From: the human T2T-CHM13v2.0 reference genome, Homo sapiens
Reading direction: 5' to 3' (one strand)
Assembly (NCBI RefSeq): GCF_009914755.1
Contig: NC_060927.1
DNA: 64,000 nt
Positions 44,825 through 60,884 of this stretch are shown in pieces (position 1 is the stretch's first letter; every line of letters begins with the position of its first letter). A program made the position numbers and the translations under genes. Below the pieces are notes generated by a model. That model was not told the origin of the DNA. It saw nothing but the letters and a program-made list of their open reading frames with translations, and did no database searches.

Positions 44825-47059
44825 TGATCAGTTGAAATAATGAATCTATCTTTTATCCTGTAATGTTGCTGAACTAATTTATTATCTGATGATTTTTTTT
44901 AGTGGATTCCTTAGGATTTTCTATACATAATATCATCTGCAAATATATATGGTTTTCCTTTTTCTTTTCCAACTGAATGCTTAAAAAAAAAAAAAAATTT
45001 CCTGATTGACCTGACTTGAACCTCCTGTACAAAGTTGAATAGAAGTTGAAGAGGGAGCAGACATTCATGTCTCATTCCTGATCTTAGGAAAAAAGTTCTC
45101 AGTCTTTTACCATTAAGTATGTTAGTTATGAGACTTTTGAAGATGCCCTTTATCAAGTTAGGGAAATCCCATCTTCTACTTATTATTTGTTGCATATTTT
45201 CTTCATGAAGTACTGTCAAATTTGTCAAATGGTTTTTCTGTATTTATTGAGATGCTCATGTAGCTTTTGTCGTTTATTCTATTGACATGCTGTATTACAT
45301 TGATTCTTGGACGTTAAACCAACCTTAAATTGCTGGTATAGATCTTGCTGAGTAATGGTTTATAATCCTTTTCTTATGTTGCTGAATTGGTTTGATAGTC
45401 CTTTGCTGAGAATTTTTGCTATTGCACTAACAGAGGTTATCAATGTAAACTTTTATTTTATTGTAATATGTTTGTCTGGTTTTGGTATTAGGGTAATACT
45501 AGGCTCATAGAATGAGTCAGAAAGTGTTCCCTCCTTTGGAAGAATTTGTGGAAAATTGATGTTAATTTATCTTTAGACATTTGGTATAATTCAAATGAAG
45601 CCATATGGGCCTGTTTTTATTTGTGGGAAGTTTTAAATGTCTAATTCAATCTATTGTTAAATCTTTTCAGGATTTTTACTTCCTCTTGAGTCAGTTTGCA
45701 GTTTGTGTCTTCTAGGAATTTGCCCATTTCATTTAAGTTATCTAATTTGTTAACATACAGTTACTGCTCATCATATACCTTATGACCCTTTTTATTTCTG
45801 CAAGTTCAGTATTATGCTCTGTCTTCTATTTCTTATTTTAGGAATCTGTCGTGCCTCTTTTTTTCTTGGTCAGTCTAGCTTAAAGTTTGTTAATCTCTTT
45901 AAAGAACAATGTTCAGCTTCATTAGTTTTCTATATTGTTTCTGTATTCTACTTCATTAATTTTCATTATAGTCTTTACTATTTCCTTAATTTTACCAGTT
46001 TGAGTTTAGTTTATTCTTTTTTCCAGTGATTTGTATTGGAAGCTTAGGTTATAAATTTGAAATATTTCTTCTTCCTAAAGATAGGTTTTTACTACTATAA
46101 ATTTCCTTCTAAGCATGGTGTTAGCTTCATTCCATACTTTTGAAATGTTGTGCTTTTATTTTAATACATCTCTAAGTATTTTAAATTTTTTATTTCCCCC
46201 ATTGAATATTTAGAAGTCTGATGTTTAATTTCTATATATTTGTGAATGAAATTTTTTTCTGTATGTTTTTGATTTTTAATTTGATTCCTTTTTGGATAGA
46301 GAATGCACTTTGTATGATTTTAACCCTCTTTAATTTATTGAGGTTTGCTTTATGGCCTAACACATGGTCTGTTCTGGAGAATGTTCCTTATGAACTTAAG
46401 AAGAATGTGTACTTTGCTGTTATTTTGTGGATTATTGTACAGATGCATGTCAGGTATAGTTGGTTTACACTGTCATTCAAGTCTCCTATTTTCTCATTCA
46501 CCTTCTGTGTGGTTATTCTATTCATTACAGAAAGTAGAGTATTGAAATCTCCAACTATTATTGTTGAATTATCTATTTATTGAATCTGTCAGTTTTTGCT
46601 TCATGAATTTGGGGGCTCTGTTATTAGGTACATACATGTTTATAATTATTATACCTCTATAAATAATGACTCATCATTATAAAATGTATCCTTTAGTAAC
46701 AGTTTTTGTTTTAAAGTTGATTTTGTCTTATGTTAGTATTGCCACTTCAACTTTCTAATGGTTGTATCCTCTTTTATTGTTTTACTTTCCATGTATTTGT
46801 ATGTTGGAATCTAAAATTAGTCTCCTATAGACAGGATAAAATTAATGATTTTTAAAAGTCCATGTTACCAATCTCTGCCTCTTAATTGGAAGATTAATAC
46901 ATTTGTTTAATGTAATTATTATATAGTTGTTCTTTTTAAATATAATTTTCACTCATGGTTATTTTGCTAGACAGTGGGTCTGCAGAGCTCTTCAGGCAGC
47001 TTTAACATTCCCTTTTATTCTCATAATTTTATCCTTTCGAAATTTATTTACTGGGTCAT

Positions 47060-48830
47060 TTGTAAATGCACACGGAAAAATTACCTTTTTCCACTACCTC
47101 ACATCATAAACAAAAATCAAGTTCAGAGTTACAATTATAAAAAGAAAACAATGAGATTTTAGAAGAAAATGGAAAATATCCTCACGACCTTGGGGTAGGC
47201 AAAAAATTCTTAAACAAGATATAAAATGCATTAGCCATAAAGAAAAAAACTAATAAATTAGCTACATTAAAATTATGAATTTTGCTCTCTACCTTCTCTG
47301 CACTGAAAGCAACTGTGTTCCCAAAGCCCCTCACCCCTAAAAATGTACAGCTGCTCCAAGTGTGCCTCCACCCACTCTTGGTCAAGAGTACCTCCCAGTT
47401 GCTGAGCTGCCTACTATCTGCAGTGGTGATGAAATGACCAGAGACACTGACAGATGAGAGCCTCAGCAGCTTGGCAGTCTCACATCCCCTTATCTCACTT
47501 GTCCCTACCTGCAACTTCCAAACCAGTGCAATTTCAAGAGACATTGACACAGCAGCCAAGTTTATTGGAGTTGGGGCTGCTACAGTTGGGGTGGCTGGCT
47601 CTGGGGCAGGGATTGGTTGGGACTGTGTTTGGGAGCATCATCATTGGTTATGCCAGGAAACCTTCTCTGAAGCAACAGCTCCTCTATCCCATTCTGGGCT
47701 TTGCCCTGTGGGAGGTCATGGGGCTCTTTTGCCTGATGATAGCCTCTCTCATTCTTTTTGCCATGTGAATGAGCCATCTCCACCTCCCATAGTTCTTTCT
47801 CCTATGTCTCATTGGCCCTGTATGTTCTTTTTTCCTATACATTCCCAGGTAGCCTGGGGAACGTGGTTGGCTCAGGGTTTGACAGAGGGAAGACAAATAA
47901 AGAATGTATTAATAAGGTGAAAACAATTATGAATTTTAAGAAAGTAAAAGGTAAGCCACATTGTAAGAGATGACCGTTGAAATACATACATCTGATAAAG
48001 GACTCAAATCCTGAGTGTACAAATAACTTATAAAAAAACAAAAAGAGAAAGGCAAGCAATACAATATAAAAAAGCAGAGGAAAGATTTGAATAAACACTT
48101 GATTAAAATCAGGACATCCAAACGGCAAATAAGAACATGAAAAGGCACATAATTTTATTAATCATCAAAGAAATGCAAATAAAGTCATAAGCAATGTCAT
48201 AGCCACTAGAATAGTTAAAATGAAAAAGGCAAAAGTACTAAGAGTTGGCAAAGATGTGTAATGATTGAAACATTCACACACTGTATGAAAGTGTAAATTG
48301 GTACAATCACCGAAGAAAACTTTTTGGCAGTACCTACTAAATAGAGAAATATATTATATTCTTCAATGAGAGGAACTAAGTGGCAAAGATGCCAACTATC
48401 ACTACACTAATTTATAAATTCAAAAAATAGCAAATAAAATATCAAAGAGTTTTTTTTGTTTTGAGTTTGGCAAAGCAATTTTATCTTTTGTCTGGAAGAA
48501 TAAGTAATTCATGAAGGAAAACAAAATATTGAAAGGAAGAACCACCAGTGGAGCACAGAAGTGCTAGGCATTAAAATATACCACAAATATGTATTAAATA
48601 AAATAATAGATTATTCAGTTATTGTAAAGCATTTTCAAGAAAAGACCAAAGATTATATAGGAGTTAAATTTGTGGTTTCAAGTAAATGGGGAAGATTAAA
48701 TTCTTTAATAAATAATGCTGAGTTAACTGGTTAAATATTTGGAAAAATTTAAGCCAGAGTCTAAACACTCTGCATGCACCAAAGTATTCCAGATGAATTA
48801 ATATTTAAATGTTCTTACAATATTAACAAA
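47060..48830 (+). mobile_element. Old L1M ORF2 relics hosting the ATP5MC2 retrocopy and the L1PA insertion
   Basis: tagaagaaaat..cctcacgaccttggggtaggcaaa..atcatcaaagaaatgcaaataaa. A further relic resumes after 51495. Confidence 0.7.
47284..47924 (+). pseudogene. Processed pseudogene of ATP synthase c subunit, ATP5MC2 (ATP5G2) type
   Basis: Intronless. ATG 47343 to TGA 47768. Presequence ..[22 protein letters not shown] is isoform-2 type, and mature [22 protein letters not shown] is present. Premature TGA at 47435, TTGG duplication at 47613-47620, AATAAA at 47896, TSD aattatgaatttt at 47271-47283 and 47925-47937. Confidence 0.93.
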
Positions 48831-48833
48831 ATA

Positions 48834-51079
<2,246 letters not shown>

Positions 51080-52299
51080 GTCCAAAACATTTAAAAAAAA
51101 AGATTTTGCCACATTTCTATTATATTTTCAGCTTTGGTATTGCTCAGTCAAAGAATATTAGTTTTTGGTTTATTTTATTCACACTGCCACAATACTTTAG
51201 AGAAATGCTATAGCAACTCCTAAAAATATATTTCCCCCTTTACTATGCAAAATACTATCATAAAGGTTATTAAATTAATAACTTGTTGAAATGATTATTT
51301 TTATTTCAGATAAGGTAATATGTTTTATATATTTATTTGAATATCCTCTTTTGTATAAAATCAGTTATTGACCTTTGTAAATGTTTAATGAGACCCTGAG
51401 AAATTTTACATTATTCTGTATTGTTCATAAATTTAGAATATTAATTTCTCATATGCATTACATTTTCATTCACCTTAAAAAAATTAACAAAATAAAAGTA
51501 TAAAACAAAAGGAATATATTTAAATATAGATGAATATTTAAAAGTGTTACACCAAAGAGAAAATTAAACAGAAAAATACTGATACATTTAATAACAGAAA
51601 AAACATACATTTCAGATAACAGTACAAAGAAGATTTTAAGGCAAATTCAACCAAATATTAAGTTTTTAGGAAAAGATGGTTATCTCATATTTTTTTTTTG
51701 GGTTTCCCTAAGATTTTATAAATGTCTCATAATAAAGAAATTATTCAGAAAGAAACAACTGAAAATTAAATTTCAGTAAAAGTCCCCTAAGAAATTAATA
51801 TTTAAATAACCAATATATTCATAGAAAAATGGATGAAGGATGCAATAAACTTTTCAAAAAGGGAAAGTACACCACCAATAAAACATTAGAAAATCAACTT
51901 CATAATTATTCAAATAAATAAATAAGAATAAGAAATGACCATGGTATGCTGGCTGAAGCGTTTAGGGGGAAGTGTGCTGATGTATGCAACTCTGAAATGC
52001 ATCAAAGGTAAGATGAATAGATGGATGGATGAATAAACAGATGGATAAATATGTGATATAACAACTAGAGTAAAATGTTACTGGTAGAATCTAGGTGGAG
52101 AGTACACTGTAAAATTCTTTCAATCCTACTATAAGGTTGAGCATTTTTATAATAAATATTGGAAAAAAAATGAGTGGAGACAGTAAAATGAGTTAGTAAG
52201 TTTGTTTAATAGTCTGCAAACAAGAGCTCAAGATTAAGATATCTACTGAAGCAGTGTTGGTGAGGGTCTAACTAAAGGAAAAATAGTGTGCTAAAATGT

Positions 52300-53383
52300 T
52301 GTTGCGGGAAGTCAGGGACCCCAAATGGAGGGACTGGCTGAAGCCATGGCAGAAGAACGTGGATTGTGAAGATTTTATGGACATTTATTAGTTCCCCAAA
52401 TTAATACTTTTATAATTTCTTATGCCTGTCTTTACTGCAATGTCTAAACATAAATTTCTAAACATAAATTGTGAAGATTTTATGGACACTTATCACTTCC
52501 CCAATCAATACCCTTGTGATTTCCTATGCCTGTCTTTACTTTAATCTCTTAATCCTGTCAGCTGAGGAGGATGTATGTCGCCTCAGGACCATGTGATAAT
52601 TGCGTTAACTGCACAAATTGTACAGCATGTCTGTTTGAGCAATATGAAATCTGGGCACCTTGAAAAAAGAACAGGATAATAGCAATTGTTCAGGGAATAA
52701 GAGAGATAACCTTAAACTCTGACCGCTGGTGAGTCAGGCAGAAAAGAACCAAATTTCTCTTCTTTCAAAAGCAAATGGGAGAAATATCGCTGAATTCTTT
52801 TTCTCAGCAAGAAACATCCCTAAGAAAGAGAATACATGCCTGGAGGTATAGGCCTATAAATGGCCCCCCGAGGTGTGCGCGTCTCTTATGGTCGAGACTG
52901 CAGGGTTGAAATAGACCCCAGTCTCCCATAGCGCTCCCAGGCTTATTAGGAAAAGAAAATTCCCGCCTAATAATTTTGGTCAGACCGGTTGCTCTCAAAA
53001 CCCTGTCTCCTGATAAGATGTTATCAATGACATTGGTGCCCAAAACTTCATTAGCAATTTTAATTTTGCCCTGGTCCTGTAGTCCTGTGATCTCGCCCTG
53101 CCTCCACTTGCCTTGTGGTATTCTATTACCTTGTAAAGTACTTGATGTCTGTGACCCACACCTATTCACACACTCCCTCCCCTTTTGAAAATCCCTAATA
53201 AAAACTTGCTGGTTTTTGCGGCTTGTAGGGCATCACGGAACCTACTGACATGTGATGTATCCCCTGGACACCCAGCTTTAAAATTTCTCTATTTTGTACT
53301 CTGTCCCTTTATTTCTCAAGCTGGCCGACACTTAAGGAAAATAGAAAAGAACCTACGTGAATATCAGGGCAGGTTCCCTGATA
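52300..53383 (+). mobile_element. MER11 (HERV-K11/HML-8) solo LTR, 1084 bp
   Basis: Starts tgttgcgggaagtcagggacccc, ends ttccctgata. Perfect 6-bp TSD aaatgt at 52294-52299 and 53384-53389. TATA-like cctataaa near 52853 and AATAAA near 53197. Confidence 0.92.
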
Positions 53384-54514
53384 AAATGTAAGCTCAGGCC
53401 CCTGTCTTTAGGATGTAATTTTTCGATGTTCTCTCTGAAACATGACCCCCATCCAAAAGAACTAATAAATTTGTCTGCCTGTCTTTCCAGGGAGTCAATA
53501 GATCTATCAGGGGAGAAGAAAGCAGAAATCCTGGAGACAGGAGCTCTTCACAAATGACAAATAGTTCACAGAAAACACTTCTACCCCAGAGTATCAGTTC
53601 CTCCAGCGAATCAGAGCTTTTATCCAGCCTCAGGGCAGAAGATTCTCTGAGTTAGAAAAATTGCCACACTGACAGCTTTATTTTTACCAATGACATAGAC
53701 AGTCATCAACATAGTCATACCACATAAGCAGTGTGTTCAAAAGACAATTAGAGAGGGCTCTGGGTTGCTATGGTGACAGACCAGCCTGCCAGACCTGATA
53801 TTTCTCCTCCTAACTTCTCATTAAAATAGCCTTAAAAAAACAGAAAACGATAAAAACTGGAAAGCATGCTGGAAAATAAAAGTAAGAGATGTCAGAGTTG
53901 GAGTGGAATTTTTCCTGAGCATATAATTTTAGAGTAAATCAAGGAGCATCATCCTAGATCATTCATCTCCTTGTCATCCTCTGAAATAGACAGTTTGGAG
54001 CCCCTCAGAGAGTTGAGAAAGGCTTTAAGTGACCTCTTTCCTAAATCAGGGATACAGGGCTTCATAGATAGAAAAACATCAAACCTCACACCAACAACCA
54101 GACTCCGGTCTTATGCCTGCCTACTAACACCTTTTTTTTGTATATTCACTCAGAGATTAATACTCCTAGCACCAAACATGGCAAAGGTAGAAGATGAGCA
54201 GAGATTGGTTGTGTTCCAGAATTCTTTGTCATTGAAGAAACTCACCAGTTGCAGAGCCAGGAAGAGTTCTGATAGCAGCAATCACTTGGGGTTTAATGTC
54301 CCATGCAATATAGTTCACCAGAACAAAAGCTATAAAAATCTAACTTAATTAGAAATCTCCAATTCTCAGATCAAGATAACATCCAATTGTATTGTTTTTG
54401 TACTCATTAACCAAATTGACCCAACAATTCTATACTTCCCTAAATGTTATAGGTGTTCAAAAGTAAAAAAGAGACATCCTGAGATATGCAAGAACCCAGA
54501 AAAGTCATAATTAT

Positions 54515-54827
<313 letters not shown>

Positions 54828-54889
54828 CTTCCTTTCTTTAAGAAAATTCTCATTTGGGTATTCCAATCCATTGAAAAAATCAAGAGATG

Positions 54890-57092
54890 ATTGGAGAGAT
54901 GAAAGACGGCGATTAGCGAGAGATGGTGAGACGGCAATTAGCATTATAGAGCTGTAACACTAGTCAAAGTCTCTTTTAAGATCATCATCTTTCCTGCCAG
55001 TGGAGCTGAGTGGACGGGCAAGTAGCCATAGTGCCGCTGCCTTGTGTGGGACTCACTACTCTGACTGGCAGGCCGGCAGATCACTGGTCCCCATGCCACG
55101 CCCCATCCTCCCGCAACATGGCAGCCAAGCTCACCCAGGCTTGAAGTCAGAGGAAAAGGACCAGGGGAAGGGGTGACAGGGACGTGCTTTGGGGTACCCA
55201 AATGATGGTGGACTTTAAACTGACCCTCTAGCCAGAGGCTTTATTCCCCGGCTCACTTGATTCAAGAGGGGTGGGGGCTGGGAGGGCAGAGGGACACGCA
55301 TCCATCCACAGAAGGCAAAATGGCACTGACTGGTCTTCTATGTGGGACTCGGGTGAAAGTCTCTCCAGGTTCCCTCAGCTTGGGTGAGCCAGCCGTTTTA
55401 TTTTCAGTTCTCAATTGTATGTTTTGTTTGAGGTTTTTTTTAACTTTGATTTTCTGTGAACTGTATTTGGGCAATTGTTTAAGGCAAGACACTTGGTTGT
55501 GAGAAGTCCCCATTTTGCCGACTCTGGGATGCCAGAGTCATATTGTTCTGTGGCCCCAACCAGCCCTTTGGGGTTCACTGTTGGCTGCCCCTCAGATGCT
55601 CTGGAGTTTTCAGCATTTGGTGTGGGGCCCCTTGTTGGCCCATACTTGGGTACTCTGGGTTTTCAGCATTCGGTATTGTTGGCTGCCTCCCAGATGCTCT
55701 AGGGTTTTTGGCATTGCCATTATCTCTAGGATTATGAGTCCATCCTAGGGAATTCTTGGTCTTCCCTTTTCTTGTTTTCTGACCTAAAGTTATCATTTTC
55801 TGTAATAGCATTTTCTTGTCTTTGTCACTTTATTTACACTTTTCCTTTTACATTTTGCTTTATAAAAATACTTCTTTTGTCATATTTAATTCACTGGCAA
55901 ATGCTTATAATCTACTTTTGTAATGCCTTGCTACCTACACTTACATCTTCTCTGCAGGCAGCAGAAATCTGAAAGGAAAATAGTGAGGACCCGTTTTCTT
56001 TCCCTCTTGCCAGACTTAGAAAAACTTCTGTGTCCATTAGAAATCCTTGTTTGACATGGAAACAATGATAAGCATCCCAGAAAACTCACCGCTAGGATGT
56101 CTTTAGGGCTATAGGAGCAAATTGAAATTCAGCTTAAAGAAAAATAAATTCATTTTCTATCGCAACACCATTTGGGTTTAATATAAATTGGAAAACCAAG
56201 ATATTTGGCCTAAACATGGTTCTATACATTATACTGCTGTTTTACAATTGGACTTATCCTGTAAAAAAGAAGGAAAATGGGAGGAGGTCTCTTATGTACA
56301 GGCTTGTATGGCCCTTTACTGGCTCATGTTACTTCCAGATACCAGGAAGCTGCACTTAAGGGATTCCCTCCGAGCTATTCTTCCTAAAAGGCCTACACCC
56401 TCTCCAGAGTCTCTTCAGTCCCTTAGTTCTCAGGCCGGGTGCAGGTCCCACCACTTCTCTAATGAAAGATTCTACCCCAAAGTCATCAGGCAACCCTCCC
56501 CCTTATCCAACTTGCCCCAGCACATATACCCTGCTGCCCAACCAGTACCACCAGGAATGGGGTCCCCTATCAGCCCCTAAAGTCAAACCTGTGTTCATTG
56601 TGGGAGGTAGCTGATGGAAATGGGGGAACACTTAGAGTACATGTGCATTTTCTAGATCTGATTTGGCTTTATACAAGCAAAAATTTGGCCAGTTTTCAGA
56701 GCATCCAGAAAAGTTTATGGAGGAGTTTGTTAAGTTGGCCACGTTCTTTAATTTAACTTGTCATGACTTACAAGTATTGTCCACTTGCTGTGCCGTAGAG
56801 AAAAAGTAGAGGAAAAAGTGTGTTGTTAAGCCAGTCAATTATGACAAGATTAGAGCAATAATTCAGGGAAAGGATGAAAATCCTACTCGGTTTCAGCTGT
56901 TTGGTTGGGGCACTCAGGAAATATACTAATGGAGACCCAGACTCCCCATATAGGCAAGCTCTCCTGGGTATACATTTTTTACTCCATCTGCCCCTGACAT
57001 TATAAGGAAACTACAAAAATCAGCAATGAGACTTCAAACCCCTCTGAGACAACTCTTAAATGTGGCCTTTAAGTTTACAACAATTAGGGACA
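54890..57092 (+). mobile_element. Class I ERV internal fragment: 5' leader plus decayed gag (ATG ~56056)
   Basis: Peptides SIPENSPLGC, WPKHGSIHYTAVLQLDLSCKKEGKWEEVSYVQA (HERV-W/ERV9-like matrix), FGQFSEHPEKF, KPVNYDKIRAIIQGKDENP (capsid major homology region), VAFKVYNNRD. Multiple frameshifts. Confidence 0.85.
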
Positions 57093-57244
57093 GGCAAGTC
57101 TTTTATTGGGTCATCTGCTATGCCTGAAATGCCTACTTCTTTCTTCCTTCAATCAACATTCTATCCCATCTTCAAGGTCTTCCCTTCAGGAGACCTTCTC
57201 TTATCTGATATTTACCTCATCAGAAAGCTTATTTTCCTACCCTG

Positions 57245-57996
57245 AACTTCAGGGGAAATACAGTAAAAAATAAAACCTCCTACCCATCCAGAAAATCCTC
57301 TCCACAAAATATAGGAAAGAAAAAAAGTAGTTTTATTATTGAATAAAGTTTAAACCAGACTCTGATGTGGATCACAGGCAATCTGCTAAGCAGATCAAAA
57401 AGACAGAAAGAAAGCTCACCCTTTATAAAACCAAACAGATACAATCCATTACACGCATGTTCTCAAGGATAACCAGATCTCAAGTAAGGGGACTTTGACC
57501 TGCCCTTTGTCACACATAATTTATCCTAACTCACCTGGTAATTGAGGTGGTTATTTGTGTTTGCTAACAGACTTTATCCAGAATAAAAATAAACTTCTCA
57601 TATCTCTCTCTCTCTCTTTTTTTTTTTTTATAACTTCTCATATCTTTACCGCAAGTGGTAGTCTTGCAACTTACAGTCAGGTGTCCTGCCAAAGAGAGAG
57701 TCCTATCCTTCCATTGGAACTGGGAGATGGGGAGACGGGGGTACTATCTTCCTTGATGATCACGTTTCAAAGAGATGGGTGCCACATCCCTGAGAAAAAG
57801 ATTCCTGGGTTGTAAAACTGGCAAGAGGCTTATTTATCTTTTAAAAATATTCACATCCATCTCAAAGAGTCAGAGAAAGAATTTATAAACTTTCTAAGTA
57901 AATACTCTAAGAAAAGGGATGGGGAAATTATCTCTCCTTCTTTTTGTACTAAGGAGATTTTCCCCCCTTTATTCTTAATTTGTATTTGCCCTTGCA
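57245..57996 (-). mobile_element. Probable ERV1-class LTR, subfamily not assigned
   Basis: Reverse strand begins tgcaagggcaaatacaaattaag, with AATAAA near the far end. Recalled similarity only. Confidence 0.5.
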
Positions 57997-59749
57997 AACT
58001 CACATATCCTCTTTGGTCTGTGTCATTAAAATGTTATTTAATTGACAGGGGTATTTGTATACTCCTCATCTCTTTTTCACTCGATCTTAGTAGAAACTGT
58101 GTCATGTGCATTTGTGCTGTGGCACCTGATGTGTCCCCTGCATACAACTTAGTCCTTTCAGTCTATTTTTTTTTCTTGGCCAACCTCTTGCTTCCAGTCT
58201 TTCTATTCAGCCTCTCTCTGGCTTTGGTCATCAATTCACAAGCATCACCAATCACTTTGGCTCTTGTTCCTTGAGACTGATGGGGTCCTCTGTGGCTTGG
58301 CCTCAAATTATTCCCTTAGGAACTACCTCCTTGAGAAGCACAGGTGTGTGAAACCCATACATTTAATGGAACCTGACTGTCTTCTTGGTGCTGATTATAG
58401 GAGTATAAGTAGCAAGAAAATAGTAGCTGTGGTTGCCAAGTTGAAATAATGCCATATGTACTTAATTATAGCTAAGCCGTGCAAAACTTAGAAACTTCAA
58501 TAGTGAACCAAATTGTGAGAAAATAATAGGATAAAAACTTCCACTTTTTGAGGGCTCTTTATTTGTTGACAACTCTGGTAAGTTGTGATTTACACTTCCG
58601 AGAGAAAAGCCCAATAACATGGTGAAGAATTGAGGTTTTGGAGGGGCATCCTGCAAGAGAGAGGCCAAATTCCCAGAGGGAATGGCAAGAGAAGAGGAGA
58701 CTTAGGATAACTTGTCACATGAGGATTTTTGAGCATTTTGCTTTGTGGTGTGTGATGTAAAGTCTATTCTGTTGCAAAAATTTCAACAAAATCTATGTTG
58801 CTCATTAATGCTTCTAGTGTGAGTGAATTCCCTTTGGGGAATGCAACTAGTATTGAATTTGGGGTGGTTCAAGTACAGTAAAGAGCAAAAACAGAGATTC
58901 TGTTTGGGGACATCTGACCTCTGTGTTCCATTAGTCCTTAAGTGTTCATTCAAAATTATCTCCTCAAAGGCGATGACTCCTGGAAATTTTCTAGCTTTCT
59001 TAAGAAGAGAATAGAGACAATGTTTAATAAAGTAATTCAGAGATGAAGTTGAATAATTTCCCAATAGCAGGGCTGCTGAATATTGATATGATTTCAAAAA
59101 AGTATTCAAGCATCATATGGGGATGGAGGTGCAATTGGATGATTTTAAATGCACCATGGAACCCTTAAAGCAATATTTCCAGGGAAGGTTTTCTCATTTC
59201 CTTCTCTAAATTAAGAATCTTTTAAAAGATCTATTTCTATTTGACCAAGAGGATAGGAATTAGGACTCCTTACCCCAGTCCTGGACTACTTCATACTGTA
59301 TAAGGACTGCGTTTTGCTCTCCTCTCTTCACCCCAGCTTGGCAGGATGCAGGTAGAGAAGCTCACACTTCACTAGCCAGAGGGGTTATGAGGTAGTTTGA
59401 GCCTACTGCTTATACAAAGGCCAAGGGTCTCTCACTCTCCTCCCAGTGCAGTCCTCATCTCCCTCCAAGTCTCACATTTTTCACATTTATATGTAGAGCC
59501 ATTCAGCTTGGACTCAGCTACCTTGATCTTGCATGTTCACATCTGCCAATTCATATTATTTTCCAAGTATGTGAAAACTTGTATACTGACAATGATGACT
59601 TTGTTTGGTTTGAGAAAACAGAAACATCCTCAAATTATAAACATCCACTTTCTTTAAAAATCACTAGGATTGGGATGAATAAACAATCTGTTTCTCATTC
59701 CACCCATTTTGTTAAAAGCGTCTGTTCTTTGTCTTTGCTAAAATTTTCC

Positions 59750-60200
59750 CTCACGCACTGAAGCTGGAAACCTAAGGGTCATCTCTAATACCTTTCTTCC
59801 CTTCTATCCCACATCAGAGCTATCACCAGATCAAAGTAATTTTATTTTCAAATTACAGTAAGGCTCTGGCTACCCTCCTCTGTTTTCACAGTCAGTACCC
59901 TAGTCCAAGTCACCATCACCTCTTATGGTGACCACTGCAGGAGCCTCCAGTCTGGTTTCTCTGCTTCCATTTAATTATCACAAAGCAGCCATAGCATTCT
60001 TCTTAAAATGCAAATAGAATCATGTCACTTTTCTGCCAAAATCTAACCCTTCAATAATTTCTCAATGTGTTCAATAAAACCCAAACTCTATAACATAGTC
60101 TGTAGTATGCCTACATGATATTGGCCCTGGCTTACCTCTCCAAGCACATTTTGTGCTATTTTCTCCCTAATACTTTTCCTTAGTAAATCACTAATTTAGT
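59750..60200. mobile_element. L2 relic
   Basis: ccctagtccaagtcaccatcacctct..agcctccagtctggtttctctgcttcc..atcatgtcactt. Confidence 0.65.
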
Positions 60201-60884
60201 TCAGTTATATTGGGATGAATAGTTTTTTCTAATTTACTACAGTTTAGCCACACTCAGAATTATTCTGGCAACTCATACTTAGCTCTACTCTATTGGCATT
60301 TCTAATTTTCCTGACTAAAACATTTAATCGTAGATAAACATGCACCATGAGCTTAGCTACTGCAGAGATATGTCTTCCCTAACTAAACCTGAGACTGTTT
60401 CCTACCTCTTTCAAGGTGCTAACAGTCTTTAGTTTTTCAAAGAACGATGTATGTATTTATTTCAACCTTTTGTATTGTATCTATAATGGTATAAAATGTA
60501 TCACACAGACAAAGCATATGTCATATGTAAACACACGATAAAAAGTCTTATTTCTGTCTTTATTACCGTGGAAGAGTATCAAAAATTTTTAAAAATTTTA
60601 ATCTCCTTCAATTTTAATCTTAAAAATTTCTAAGTCATTGCCCAATGTTATGTTTTTAGGGGCAAATTGGCTGGGAAAAGCTGCCAATCATAGCTAAGCC
60701 AAAAAACCTGATGTGTGTCCTTTTAACCACCAGAGACACCAGAGGATGAGACTTGTATGAAAGACATGGTAAAAAGTCACATTTTATTGGGAACACCAAT
60801 CACCCCCAAGTTGATGGTTTTTACTTTGCTTAGTCTTTGGTGACACATTCAAATCAGATAATTTGAAGATAATTTAATAAAAGG

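Noticed and set aside
47454-47920. ORFs as a functional ATP synthase c subunit
   Set aside because: A premature stop and a 4-nt insertion split the mature peptide across two frames.
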